This document shows positions 27,808 through 36,981 of a DNA stretch of 64,000 nucleotides, one piece after another; the first letter of the stretch is position 1, and each line of letters starts with the position of its first letter. The notes below the pieces were generated by a model. That model had not been told where the DNA came from and ran no database searches. It saw only the letters and a list, made by a program, of their open reading frames with translations. Source of the stretch: Escherichia phage MX01; sequence record NC_031934.1; one strand, written 5' to 3'. The translations under genes were made by a program, and so were the position numbers.

Positions 27808-28404
27808 TTAATTACCACGGGCTGCATTAGCAACGGCGTAAGCGTACTGAATATTAGCGTCTTTAAACGTACCTTTAGAGGTATCTATTTCTGCCTTAAA
27901 GCCGCCTTTAGCCATAACATCAGCAAATTCTTTACGGAAAGTCATTGCATCAAGACCTTTCCATGTTGATTTGTGCTTGGCAAATTCAAGACCAGCGAAG
28001 TTGACAGCTTTAGCCAATTTATTATCAATAGTCCATTTACCTGCTTTAGGTACAAACACCGGGCCTTTCTGTTTAGAGAACAGTTTTAAATTCCAGCGAC
28101 GAAGGTCACCGTCAGCTTTAACAAAAGCTGCGTCCAAGTTACTAGCAACAACATCTTGGATATGGGCAAATTTAAGTCCATCAGCTTCAATATTTAGGTC
28201 GTTACGCCAGCGAAGTCCTTCCCAGGCGAAAGCTTTAAAGTCGGAAGCTTTTGTAGCCAAGTACCGTTCAATAGGAGCTGTTTTAGCGTCAAAACCGTTT
28301 CCTGGGTTGTCAACGCCGTTTCCTTTGTAAGTCCACTCATCTTTATTAATGCCTTGGACCTTTCCTACAGAAGCTTCGGCGATAAATTCTTTATACGTTT
28401 TCAT
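27808..28404 (-). CDS. ipIII: internal protein III-like (CTS-bearing)
   Basis: 198 aa; MKTYKEFIAEA start. Confidence 0.6.
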   Translation of the reverse strand: MKTYKEFIAEASVGKVQGINKDEWTYKGNGVDNPGNGFDAKTAPIERYLATKASDFKAFAWEGLRWRNDLNIEADGLKFAHIQDVVASNLDAAFVKADGDLRRWNLKLFSKQKGPVFVPKAGKWTIDNKLAKAVNFAGLEFAKHKSTWKGLDAMTFRKEFADVMAKGGFKAEIDTSKGTFKDANIQYAYAVANAARGN

Positions 28405-28457
28405 ATGGGTTCCTTAAAGGTAAATATTTTAATTGGTCTGTTCAAGTAACTGTAGAT

Positions 28458-28486
28458 ATACTATCACAATTCTAGGAGATGTAAAC
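28458..28486 (-). promoter_or_regulatory. T4-type early promoter (GTTTAC, 17 bp, TAGTAT)
   Basis: Minus-strand motif upstream of ipIII-like gene. Confidence 0.5.
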
Positions 28487-28885
28487 TTATTTATAGGTCT
28501 TCATCCAATTCTTGAACAAAGCCGCGACGTCTTTCTCTTTAACGTTCAGTTTAAGGTCTAACATTTTACCACCGGCAGCACGTGTCTGACGAATCTTAGC
28601 AGTACCGGTTTCGCCATTCCACTCAACATAATACTGTCCAGTGTTCATTGCAATACCATCGCCGTAGTCTTCATTTTTAGAAGTTGTGAAGGCCAGCTTC
28701 ATAGTCTTAGATACACGAGCCTGCATGCCAGTCTGAAGGGCATTACGAACGCGAATAACCTGAGGAGTGGCCTGGGTCAGGTTCTCATTCAGTTCTTCAG
28801 TGAACTCTTCAGATTCAAACATCGCCAAAAGTTCTTTAGATGCAGGAATTACATTCTCTGCGATAAATTCATTATAAGTTTTCAT
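28487..28885 (-). CDS. internal-protein-like protein (CTS-bearing)
   Basis: 132 aa; [10 protein letters not shown] start. Confidence 0.5.
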   Translation of the reverse strand: MKTYNEFIAENVIPASKELLAMFESEEFTEELNENLTQATPQVIRVRNALQTGMQARVSKTMKLAFTTSKNEDYGDGIAMNTGQYYVEWNGETGTAKIRQTRAAGGKMLDLKLNVKEKDVAALFKNWMKTYK

Positions 28886-29366
28886 ATGCTTTCCAAGTAC
28901 CTGTTTTAAATGTGGAAATCACGCGCTTAGCACGATTAGGAGTTTGTTTATACCAACGGGATTGAGCCAGGTTAACTGCTGCATCATCCCAACGTTTTTG
29001 CTGAAGCATACGCAGAGAGTTAGTGAACCCTGCTACGCCTGCTTCACCCATTTGGAAGACCATGTTAATTAAAGCACAACGACGAACTTCGTCCAGTACA
29101 TCATAAACAGGTTTCAATTTAGGATTACGCAGAATAGCTCTACGAGCATTTTCAACCGATCGGTTAAAGAGTTGCTCAGCTTCAGCCATAGTAATACGAC
29201 CGTTGCAAACTCGGCCCATAAGCTTATCGAGTTCAGCGCGAGCAACATCTTTAGATGGGTTCTTGGTAATCAACTGACCAATGCCAATAGTCCAATAACC
29301 TTCGGTGTCTTTATAAAGATTTAAATCAAGACCTTCGTCTTGACGTAACATATCAAAAATATCCAT
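28872..29366 (-). CDS. e: endolysin (T4 lysozyme e)
   Basis: 164 aa; [13 protein letters not shown]...[13 protein letters not shown]...[25 protein letters not shown]. Confidence 0.9.
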   Translation of the reverse strand: MDIFDMLRQDEGLDLNLYKDTEGYWTIGIGQLITKNPSKDVARAELDKLMGRVCNGRITMAEAEQLFNRSVENARRAILRNPKLKPVYDVLDEVRRCALINMVFQMGEAGVAGFTNSLRMLQQKRWDDAAVNLAQSRWYKQTPNRAKRVISTFKTGTWKAYENL

Positions 29367-29368
29367 AA

Positions 29369-29396
29369 TACCTCCTGAGTATAGGAGGTATTTATA
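29369..29396 (-). promoter_or_regulatory. gene e RBS-sequestering hairpin (ACCTCCT/AGGAGGT) overlapped by late promoter TATAAATA
   Basis: Perfect 7-bp inverted repeat whose 3' arm is the SD; TATAAATA on minus strand at 29389..29396. Confidence 0.6.
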
Positions 29397-29846
29397 TCAA
29401 AAGAGCGAATCTAAAACCTTAAACATCGACGGGCCCATGACATATTCCCATTGCGGACGTTTAATCAAGGCAAAAGCATCAAATTCAGGAATAGTACGAC
29501 CATCAGGGAACGTATGGTAAGCCGTACATTTGCAATCCTTGAACTGCTCGTGTTCCACAGGCACCGTATATAAGAACAGATGTAGATTCTTATTGCTTGA
29601 ATATTTGAACTCACCCAGGTCTTTCAGGAACGCAGGATCGTATGCTGTGAATCCAATCTCTTCTTCGGTTTCGCGCATTGCCGCTTGAATGGGCTCTTCG
29701 CCTGGTTCGACATGACCCTTAGGAATGTCCCATTTATGACGCATATTCTCTGGATTACGAGAGCCTGTTACACGGCCCATGACCAGTTCTTTATCAACGG
29801 TCATGAATAAAATACCGGCAGATAGTTCTTTCACTTTCTTACTCAT
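29397..29846 (-). CDS. nudE: Nudix hydrolase NudE
   Basis: Nudix box GHVEPGEEPIQAAMRETEEEIG; start set at MSKKVKEL. Confidence 0.75.
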   Translation of the reverse strand: MSKKVKELSAGILFMTVDKELVMGRVTGSRNPENMRHKWDIPKGHVEPGEEPIQAAMRETEEEIGFTAYDPAFLKDLGEFKYSSNKNLHLFLYTVPVEHEQFKDCKCTAYHTFPDGRTIPEFDAFALIKRPQWEYVMGPSMFKVLDSLF

Positions 29847-30075
29847 CGTCTCGTTCCCATGATTGTTTAAAAATATCTTGCATAATAATTTGAAGTCTAT
29901 TTTCTGATGATGGACTTTCACTATCAGACACTTGAAGCATATAGTCACCAATAGGACAGAACATATCCATATCGCTTTCTAAGTCTTCTTTAATTTTCTC
30001 TTCTGATGTTCCGGTATCATAGGAATACAGGTAAGAATCACATGACTCAGATTTAATATAAATTGCAATACTCAT
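29839..30075 (-). CDS. hypothetical acidic protein
   Basis: 78-aa ORF. Confidence 0.35.
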   Translation of the reverse strand: MSIAIYIKSESCDSYLYSYDTGTSEEKIKEDLESDMDMFCPIGDYMLQVSDSESPSSENRLQIIMQDIFKQSWERDDE

Positions 30076-30665
30076 TTACGGCATTCCTCAATAAACTCAT
30101 TTAAATTCTGTTTGATTTTACCTTCGTCGTAAAGACGTTGTTGACGACGTAAACGCCATGGCATTTCAATAGCCAAGCACCAAATACTTAAAGCAGCGCC
30201 AGCGGCGGCAAGGTTCATTAATCCAGCGCCAATAATAGTTCGTTCTAGCGCATCATTCCAGTTGGCATCGATTAAAAATGAACTCAGCACTAACATTGGA
30301 AGTAAAGTAATAAAATACGCTACAACATATCGTCCGAACGTAAGCCATTCAGTATCAATGAGCCTGGCCTTTCCATCTTGGAGACAAATATACTTATCGT
30401 CAGTGCGAGTGATTTTCTTTACTGGTTGCCAGCCGTTTACAATATAGCCCATTTTATATTCCTCAATTAAAAGCTGTTTCATTTCGGCAGTACAACCTGA
30501 CCAATCTATTGTACTGGCTGAAATTCCTTCATCACAGTCATCGATATTTCGCCAGGACTTTTTAATAATCATATGTTCACCACTTGGGATAATAATTCCG
30601 GCATTTTCCGACCTACGGATGAAGTTTGTATCAATACCCATACATCCAGGTTCATAAAGGGCCAT
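30072..30665 (-). CDS. hypothetical membrane protein
   Basis: 197 aa with C-terminal hydrophobic helices. Confidence 0.4.
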   Translation of the reverse strand: MALYEPGCMGIDTNFIRRSENAGIIIPSGEHMIIKKSWRNIDDCDEGISASTIDWSGCTAEMKQLLIEEYKMGYIVNGWQPVKKITRTDDKYICLQDGKARLIDTEWLTFGRYVVAYFITLLPMLVLSSFLIDANWNDALERTIIGAGLMNLAAAGAALSIWCLAIEMPWRLRRQQRLYDEGKIKQNLNEFIEECRK

Positions 30666-31354
30666 TACCAGCCCTCCATAGGAAATTCCAGATATACTTG
30701 AGCATTAACACGGATTTCATTAGTAATCTTTTTAACACGGTCTGTATTACGAGACACACGACCAAACCAGCGCCACCCATTACTTACTGCACGAGAACCT
30801 GTATGCCACGTCTGCCAATCAAACTGGAGCAACGTGCGGTCAGGAGCATCCCACTTAGTTAATTCATTAGACTCAATTTTTTCCAGAACTTCTTTATGCC
30901 ACTGGCGATAGATAAGTTCGCCTTCAGGAATCTGACTGAACTGTGCAGTTCCGGTTGCAAAATGAGTAGGACACACATCAGCGTTAACAAGACCAAGAAT
31001 ATGTTCAGAATGGTATCGAGGATTATCATAATCAGGTTGCCCTGCGGTAATAAAGTGTTGACCAACCGGAATATCCGGACGGGGTACATCATCATGGTGG
31101 AAGCCTGGAATTGCAGGGTACCAGCCAGGCATTAACATGTGTACACGGGAATCAAATACAATATCAGGGCCACATTGCCAATCTTCAGGCAGGTTTTCAA
31201 TAAAGCTACGAGTAATAGGACCGCCATGTTTATGAGCAAAATAAGCATCGCAATTAAAGAACATAGGCTCATTTTTAATCATATCATTACTGATATCTTG
31301 AGCAAAACCACCTACTGCACGAGCTTTAGAATTAAAAATTTTTGGACCGTTCAT
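30665..31354 (-). CDS. hypothetical protein
   Basis: 229-aa ORF, His/Asp-rich. Confidence 0.4.
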   Translation of the reverse strand: MNGPKIFNSKARAVGGFAQDISNDMIKNEPMFFNCDAYFAHKHGGPITRSFIENLPEDWQCGPDIVFDSRVHMLMPGWYPAIPGFHHDDVPRPDIPVGQHFITAGQPDYDNPRYHSEHILGLVNADVCPTHFATGTAQFSQIPEGELIYRQWHKEVLEKIESNELTKWDAPDRTLLQFDWQTWHTGSRAVSNGWRWFGRVSRNTDRVKKITNEIRVNAQVYLEFPMEGW

Positions 31355-31368
31355 AATATTTTCCTCAC

Positions 31369-31581
31369 TTACTTTTTGTTGAAAAAGTACATTTTACCTT
31401 TAGGGGATAAAGATACACGAAGTGCGTTACCAATACCAACTGAACATTTAACCAGGTCAGCAGATTTCAATTCACCAAATGCTTGACGAAGGTCACCGTC
31501 ACGAGTGTTAACCATCAGGCATTTAGCACCAGCTGCACGAACTTCGTTTAACATGTTGATTGCTTGGTTAGAAAGTTTCAT
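31369..31581 (-). CDS. hypothetical protein
   Basis: Start set at MKLSNQAI with GGAGAATAAA RBS; early promoter lies inside the longer track ORF. Confidence 0.4.
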   Translation of the reverse strand: MKLSNQAINMLNEVRAAGAKCLMVNTRDGDLRQAFGELKSADLVKCSVGIGNALRVSLSPKGKMYFFNKK

Positions 31582-31618
31582 TTTATTCTCCATTTCACTC
31601 TGTTGTTTTGATAGGTCT

Positions 31619-31647
31619 ATAGTATCATGCCTATAGACCTTGTAAAC
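31619..31647 (-). promoter_or_regulatory. T4-type early promoter inside an inverted repeat (PeSL-like)
   Basis: AGGTCTATAG / CTATAGACCT inverted repeat spanning spacer and post -10 region. Confidence 0.5.
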
Positions 31648-31659
31648 AATTTTATGCAA

Positions 31660-32619
31660 TTATTTTTCGAAAGGACGAATTAAATGTTGGTTACGCTTAA
31701 ACCGTTCAATGTAGTCGTTTTCACCTAAAGTCTTGTACATATTAACCACGGCTTGGTAGTTTTCCCATGCATAAGTGCGGAACCAACCTGAAGTGATTGA
31801 GGTACACACTTTCTCAAGAGCCATATAGAAACTTAATGATGGTGAAATATTGAAGTCATTAGGGACCTGTGAACGTTCTAGTGCCAGGACACAAGTTTCT
31901 TCATATACACCAGCCAGTTTAATAGCTTCAGGCAAGGCCTCGAACTTCTCACGAGAGGTCATGACTTCAGAACCTTCCTTCATATAAAAGGTATATGCAG
32001 GGCGCCCTGCTAATGCCACCGCTTCATGGATAGAGTCATGGTCTAGCGTATAAATGGTATCATTAAAGAATGATGATTTGTTTACATCCAATTTAGGATG
32101 GGAATAGCTCAACGTTTCTTTTTGACGTTGCAGCATAATTTCCTGGAGCTCTTCGTTCAGGGTGATACCTTTATTACGAAGGTATTTGATGTGGGACATA
32201 GTTTTCAGGAAGAAAGGATTATTCTTCAGGAAACGATGAGAGGTTTTGATAGCCAGACAGATATCAGGCGTAGCCCAATAGAAACCTGTAAGACGGTCCT
32301 TTTTAATATGATTTTCAGCATATTTCAGGAGACGATAGCTTGAGGTGTAGTCTTCATCTTGGAGCTCACCGGTAATTTCTCGTACATTAGTCAGGGCACG
32401 GACGATATAAGCTTCGAAATAGGTTTCTTTACCGTTATGCATACATTTGAAAGCCTGAACATCAGGATTGTCAACGTGTACATGAGCACCGAACATACGT
32501 GCTTTAAAGTGGTTCCATGAGCCTTGGTCGGCAATGAAATCCCAATCAGAATTTTCGATATGCTTACTTTCAATCAGACCTGCGTGGTGCAGTGCACGAG
32601 AACCAATAACTAACATCAT
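31660..32619 (-). CDS. hypothetical protein
   Basis: Start set at MMLVIGSRALHH with ACTGAGGAAAATATT RBS cassette. Confidence 0.45.
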   Translation of the reverse strand: MMLVIGSRALHHAGLIESKHIENSDWDFIADQGSWNHFKARMFGAHVHVDNPDVQAFKCMHNGKETYFEAYIVRALTNVREITGELQDEDYTSSYRLLKYAENHIKKDRLTGFYWATPDICLAIKTSHRFLKNNPFFLKTMSHIKYLRNKGITLNEELQEIMLQRQKETLSYSHPKLDVNKSSFFNDTIYTLDHDSIHEAVALAGRPAYTFYMKEGSEVMTSREKFEALPEAIKLAGVYEETCVLALERSQVPNDFNISPSLSFYMALEKVCTSITSGWFRTYAWENYQAVVNMYKTLGENDYIERFKRNQHLIRPFEK

Positions 32620-32638
32620 AATATTTTCCTCAGTAAAC

Positions 32639-32878
32639 TTAAATTTCAGCAACGTAATCGTTATGCAATTCCCACATATCATCAGAATTATTCTTAATGA
32701 TAGGAATTATCTCATTAGAGATTTCTTCTGCATAAGGGTCGTTGATACAGTGGGCATCTTCAAAACGAACACCGTAATCAGACTTCTTATAAGCAAAGCC
32801 ATAAATCTTTTTAAACTTGGCACGGGTAATGCGTACCGGTTCATTAGACTTATCGGACATCGGAGCGTAATACCACAT
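32639..32878 (-). CDS. hypothetical protein
   Basis: 79-aa ORF. Confidence 0.35.
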   Translation of the reverse strand: MWYYAPMSDKSNEPVRITRAKFKKIYGFAYKKSDYGVRFEDAHCINDPYAEEISNEIIPIIKNNSDDMWELHNDYVAEI

Positions 32879-32921
32879 ATGTTCTCCTCATGTTTGTGTA
32901 GGGTAATAGTAACACGTATTT

Positions 32922-33272
32922 TTAGAGTTGTACATCACTTCTGCAATATTCTAAAAATAATTTATCGTTGTCTACCGTATCCCAACGACGCCAAGATGGA
33001 TTCCAGACCAGAGCGTTGTCACCACAATCATTGAGCTTAAAATGGTCGTAGTACATAGCTATACGTCTAGTTTCGTCACCAGAGAATCCCAGTATAGGCT
33101 CACCATGGGTGTGATACATATGATGGTGCATTGAGAGGTCGCATTTGTAAAACATCTCACGTTTACCGCGAACGAACAAGAAAGCTTGCCCATTCATATA
33201 GAATTCTTTATCTGTTTTCAAAAGATATTTGAATACTGAATCTTTATGCATAAGTCCTCCTACCACATCCAT
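32922..33272 (-). CDS. hypothetical protein
   Basis: 116-aa ORF. Confidence 0.35.
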   Translation of the reverse strand: MDVVGGLMHKDSVFKYLLKTDKEFYMNGQAFLFVRGKREMFYKCDLSMHHHMYHTHGEPILGFSGDETRRIAMYYDHFKLNDCGDNALVWNPSWRRWDTVDNDKLFLEYCRSDVQL

Positions 33273-33281
33273 GTGGTTAAA

Positions 33282-33509
33282 TTATTTTCCTAACGAAATA
33301 CGAGTAGGTTTTTTACCGAAATAGTCTTCATAAGAACCATCTAAACGACCTGCTTTAGACCGACAATATGAATCGTACTTTTTGTAATAAGTCATCTCAG
33401 TATTATAACGCGGGTGTCTATCAGCCATAATAATACTTAACGGCCAACCTTTGGCATAATCGCGAAGACCATTTATTTTACGAATGTATCTTTTCTTTAA
33501 TTTTAGCAT
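33282..33509 (-). CDS. hypothetical basic protein
   Basis: 75-aa ORF. Confidence 0.35.
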   Translation of the reverse strand: MLKLKKRYIRKINGLRDYAKGWPLSIIMADRHPRYNTEMTYYKKYDSYCRSKAGRLDGSYEDYFGKKPTRISLGK

Positions 33510-33727
33510 GAGCTCGGATACCAGATTTTACCATCGGCCTGAGCAACGAAGGTGCGTCCAGCTTCTTCGCCATAACACGAGCTATTCAGCCAATCTTCGA
33601 GACGAACTTCACCGTCATAATCGTCGAGCTCAACACCAAAACTTTGAGCAGAAGCCATATCTTTTACTTTCTTATACAGTGCAGCCAGTTCAAGTGCAGC
33701 TTTTTCTAATTCATTAATATCAGACAT
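33503..33727 (-). CDS. small acidic protein, member 1 of tandem W-x-SS-x-C paralog family
   Basis: 74 aa ending ...WYPSSC (also internal WLNSSC). Confidence 0.45.
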   Translation of the reverse strand: MSDINELEKAALELAALYKKVKDMASAQSFGVELDDYDGEVRLEDWLNSSCYGEEAGRTFVAQADGKIWYPSSC

Positions 33728-33738
33728 TTTTTATCACC

Positions 33739-33951
33739 TTAGCAAGACATAGAGGATGTAAACCAGAAACCTTCACCTTCCGGAATACCGTAGTCATCAC
33801 GGACCCATTCGTAATCATCATATTCCGGGTTCTTTGGAGAAATGTATTCTCCACGACCAGAAACACGGAACTCTTCACCCGTTTCGTCAGCCACGGCCTG
33901 GCCTTTACGTACTAATTCGCGGATTTGTTTTTCAATTTCATCAATAGTCAT
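33739..33951 (-). CDS. small acidic protein, member 2 of tandem paralog family
   Basis: 70 aa ending ...WFTSSMSC. Confidence 0.45.
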   Translation of the reverse strand: MTIDEIEKQIRELVRKGQAVADETGEEFRVSGRGEYISPKNPEYDDYEWVRDDYGIPEGEGFWFTSSMSC

Positions 33952-33960
33952 TTTATTTCC

Positions 33961-34242
33961 TTAACATTCAGAAGAAGAGGACACCCATCCACCATTTTCT
34001 AGGCTGGTAGTGTAATCATGTTGGTTTACAATAGCGTACTGAGCTTCACCGTATTCTTCCCAGTGGGCAAGGTCGGCTTTCAAGGCGCCAGGAGAATAAT
34101 AGTCACCGCCCATACCGCGAGCAGGGTATATATTAAAATGAGTCTCATATTTGTTTGCAATTTCCTCAGCACGACGAATAGCTTTATGGATATCATTTAC
34201 TGCTTCAGCCAGCTCTTTATTTTTACGGCAATCATTCATCAT
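33961..34242 (-). CDS. small acidic protein, member 3 of tandem paralog family
   Basis: 93 aa ending ...WVSSSSEC. Confidence 0.45.
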   Translation of the reverse strand: MMNDCRKNKELAEAVNDIHKAIRRAEEIANKYETHFNIYPARGMGGDYYSPGALKADLAHWEEYGEAQYAIVNQHDYTTSLENGGWVSSSSEC

Positions 34243-34251
34243 AGCGTTTCC

Positions 34252-34542
34252 TTAGCACATTGCTGAAGAGGAGACCCAAGCACCAACTGTAACGACGCCG
34301 TTTTCAACTTCACCGCCGTTGTTTTCAATTTCATCTTTAAACCACTGGGAGCATTCATAGCCGATAGGATAATATGTACGTCCTGAACCATAATCACCGG
34401 TACCGAATTGGATACCATACTTATCGGCAATAGCTTCACATTCATGTTCGATGGTATTCGCTTTATTCAGAAGAGCATAGATAGCCTTTTCTGCAGATTT
34501 CTCGTCATTGTGTTCCGGGATTTCGATTTCAATTTTATTCAT
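34252..34542 (-). CDS. small acidic protein, member 4 of tandem paralog family
   Basis: 96 aa ending ...WVSSSAMC. Confidence 0.45.
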   Translation of the reverse strand: MNKIEIEIPEHNDEKSAEKAIYALLNKANTIEHECEAIADKYGIQFGTGDYGSGRTYYPIGYECSQWFKDEIENNGGEVENGVVTVGAWVSSSAMC

Positions 34543-34892
34543 GATTTACATTCCTTAATAAAGGTTTCAAGGTCATTACGTTTAGTTTGTTTTACATACT
34601 CATTATAATTAGCCATAGCTAAAGCATATCTCTTTTTACGTGGCTTGTTTATTTTATTAGTTTGGGCAATATCAAAGACCCATGGGATAAAAAATCCTAT
34701 TAAAGCCGGAACCCAAATCCATGCAAGGCTCATATCTTCAAACGGATGGCGAGGCATACCATTAATAATCCCACCGACAAGAAATCCAATTATCCCTGCA
34801 GTCATACTAGTAGCAATGCCGAGGAATAAGGAAATAGCTATATCATAATCTGCTAATGCGTAACCAGGGTCGGTTTTACTAGGCTTATGCAT
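34539..34892 (-). CDS. hypothetical membrane protein
   Basis: Start set at MHKPSKT; two hydrophobic helices. Confidence 0.4.
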   Translation of the reverse strand: MHKPSKTDPGYALADYDIAISLFLGIATSMTAGIIGFLVGGIINGMPRHPFEDMSLAWIWVPALIGFFIPWVFDIAQTNKINKPRKKRYALAMANYNEYVKQTKRNDLETFIKECKS

Positions 34893-35421
34893 TTTGAACC
34901 TCTTTAGCGTATTCGCGGCATTCAGCAATAAAACGATTAAGCTTCCGTTGTTGTTTTCGAATCTCTGATGTATACTCATTAGCCAAAATAATAAGCTCGT
35001 CTTTATCGTAATTTTTAATATCCGAATAACTCGGGCGGCGGTCGACCATACCAAAGTGGTCACCATTTTCTAACATCAAATAGCATACTAAATGGTAATC
35101 ATCGTCAGCATCAACAAGCTGTTTACAATCACTTGGTTCATTTAAAGCGTATACTGAATAGCATAATCCAGCGAATTCCACTCGTTGAATACCTAGATTT
35201 AAGTCAATAATTTCTAAAGCTTCTGCAAAAGAAAGGTCCTCAGCTAAAGCAAAGATAAAAGGTAATTTGGTAGTATCGCCACGGCTAGATGTTCTGCTTA
35301 AGAAATCGTTTGAATAGCCTAGGTCTTGGCGAATTCTATAAAGAACTGAATTGGTTTCATGGGAAAGACCACTATTTTTAAACCAATCAATATTTGATAT
35401 AAGGTTATCATATAAACTCAT
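34885..35421 (-). CDS. hypothetical protein
   Basis: 178-aa ORF. Confidence 0.4.
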   Translation of the reverse strand: MSLYDNLISNIDWFKNSGLSHETNSVLYRIRQDLGYSNDFLSRTSSRGDTTKLPFIFALAEDLSFAEALEIIDLNLGIQRVEFAGLCYSVYALNEPSDCKQLVDADDDYHLVCYLMLENGDHFGMVDRRPSYSDIKNYDKDELIILANEYTSEIRKQQRKLNRFIAECREYAKEVQNA

Positions 35422-35469
35422 AATATTCTCCTCTCCTCCAAATAGGGAGACCGAAGTCTCCCGGTAACA

Positions 35470-36063
35470 TTACTTAAGTGAATTAATGTAGTCTTCGATA
35501 TCAGCAGAAGTCGTATCCATTCCAACTTGTGGGCCTTTAAACGTTTCTACACGCAGTAGGGTGTCTTCAATATCAATCTTAGTCAGTGCAGCGATTTCAA
35601 CAACATCATCGGCAGTAGCAATACCAAGGGCAGCCATATTACGAGTTTCACGGATGTACTCGAGCTTAACAGCCAGTTCCTGACGAGAGTCATCAAGTTC
35701 CTTAACCTTCAGTTTAATTTCATTACGCATTTCGATATAATCATCGGCTTTCTTACGAAGCTGAGTAGCTGTACGACGATAAAGGAGACCGAGTTTAGCA
35801 TGTACCTGGACATCAGAGCCTTCGGCAATCAGTTTACGAATTTCACGTTCTTTAGAAGCAGCGAGCTGGTCTTTTTCATTAGCCAAAGCACGAATACGTT
35901 TTTCTTCATTCACAGACTTAACATGAGCCGTCTGGAGTTCAGTGATTTTATCAATCAGGGTAGAAGCAGCTTTGGTGTATTGGTCTTCGATTGACAGGTT
36001 CTGAGCCATCGCGGTACCCAGTTTAGAACGGATGAATTCAACGATTTTCTTTAAAGTGTTCAT
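35470..36063 (-). CDS. coiled-coil protein, possibly PspA/IM30-like
   Basis: 197 aa, predicted long helices; weak resemblance only. Confidence 0.3.
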   Translation of the reverse strand: MNTLKKIVEFIRSKLGTAMAQNLSIEDQYTKAASTLIDKITELQTAHVKSVNEEKRIRALANEKDQLAASKEREIRKLIAEGSDVQVHAKLGLLYRRTATQLRKKADDYIEMRNEIKLKVKELDDSRQELAVKLEYIRETRNMAALGIATADDVVEIAALTKIDIEDTLLRVETFKGPQVGMDTTSADIEDYINSLK

Positions 36064-36105
36064 AGTATTTCCTTCAGTTGATTAAGATTTATAATCCATG
36101 AGGAC

Positions 36106-36135
36106 ATTATACCCTGTCCTCTGAGGTTTGTAAAC
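36106..36135 (-). promoter_or_regulatory. T4-type early promoter (GTTTAC, 18 bp, TATAAT) within GAGGAC/GTCCTC inverted repeat
   Basis: Minus-strand motif. Confidence 0.5.
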
Positions 36136-36138
36136 ATT

Positions 36139-36537
36139 TTATTTCATTTTTGCGAGGCAAATTTCATTGGCTTCCCATTGAGCTTGCTTAATAATAGCTT
36201 TGGATACAGGAGCCCTTTGGCCATAAGTTTTTGACGTTGAGAGAACAATACATTTGTTTGCCTCATTATGCCATCCCCATGATTTTTCGCCATGAGTACC
36301 TTTAACTACAGCAGACACCTCAACAGAGCAACCACCATCAGAAATCTTGGTTTCGACAACCCATTCATTTCTCTCAGCAGCTTCAATTTCTAATCTAGTT
36401 TTTTCTTCATACATCGCGGCCCAATCAGTTTTTGCCAAGTTGAAAGTAAGAGCTTTCTCTAGTTCTTTGGCATATTTTTGTTGTTCAGGTGTTAATGAAT
36501 TATACAACTCTTGCATTTCTTTATCTTCGATATTCAT
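36139..36537 (-). CDS. hypothetical protein
   Basis: 132-aa ORF. Confidence 0.4.
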   Translation of the reverse strand: MNIEDKEMQELYNSLTPEQQKYAKELEKALTFNLAKTDWAAMYEEKTRLEIEAAERNEWVVETKISDGGCSVEVSAVVKGTHGEKSWGWHNEANKCIVLSTSKTYGQRAPVSKAIIKQAQWEANEICLAKMK

Positions 36538-36562
36538 TATGTTCTCCTCAAATTATGGGCTC

Positions 36563-36592
36563 ATAATATCTTAATCATGAGCCCATGTAAAC
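36563..36592 (-). promoter_or_regulatory. T4-type early promoter within ATGGGCTCAT/ATGAGCCCAT inverted repeat
   Basis: Minus-strand motif. Confidence 0.45.
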
Positions 36593-36595
36593 GTT

Positions 36596-36859
36596 TTATT
36601 TCATATTATTGAAATAATTTTCTGCATCAAAATCATTACCATGGTAAACTTTGGTAGACGATTTGGCGTAACCTTCAGCTGAGAACATATTAATCACAAC
36701 TTTAATTGTATACCACTGTCCATCTTCATTACCCATTACTGCATAGGTTTCATACACCGGGTGTTCAGGACCGATAACTTTAATATCGTTAACAGTAGCA
36801 CCAAATTCTTCAGGGACGCATTTCATAAAGAAATTAAACACTTCACCATAATTATCCAT
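36596..36859 (-). CDS. hypothetical protein
   Basis: Start set at MDNYGEV with AAGGAG RBS. Confidence 0.4.
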   Translation of the reverse strand: MDNYGEVFNFFMKCVPEEFGATVNDIKVIGPEHPVYETYAVMGNEDGQWYTIKVVINMFSAEGYAKSSTKVYHGNDFDAENYFNNMK

Positions 36860-36894
36860 TTTACTCTCCTTCACACTGTTGTTTTGATAGGTCT

Positions 36895-36923
36895 ATAGTA
36901 TCATGTTCTACGAAAGAGTAAAC
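36895..36923 (-). promoter_or_regulatory. T4-type early promoter (GTTTAC, 17 bp, TACTAT)
   Basis: Minus-strand motif. Confidence 0.5.
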
Positions 36924-36947
36924 ATCTTTTTTAAACTTTTTAGAAAC

Positions 36948-36976
36948 AAAAAAAGGCCCAACCTTTCGGAAGGGCC
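36948..36976 (-). terminator. terminator hairpin, copy 1 of an identical ~28-bp element
   Basis: AAAAAAGGCCCAACCTTTCGGAAGGGCC; stem plus T-run on minus strand. Confidence 0.5.
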
Positions 36977-36981
36977 TAGAA

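Noticed and set aside
32534-33034. 166-aa plus-strand ORF
   Set aside because: Lies antisense to minus-strand ORFs that have early promoters and RBSs; Ile/Phe-rich composition typical of AT-rich antisense frames.
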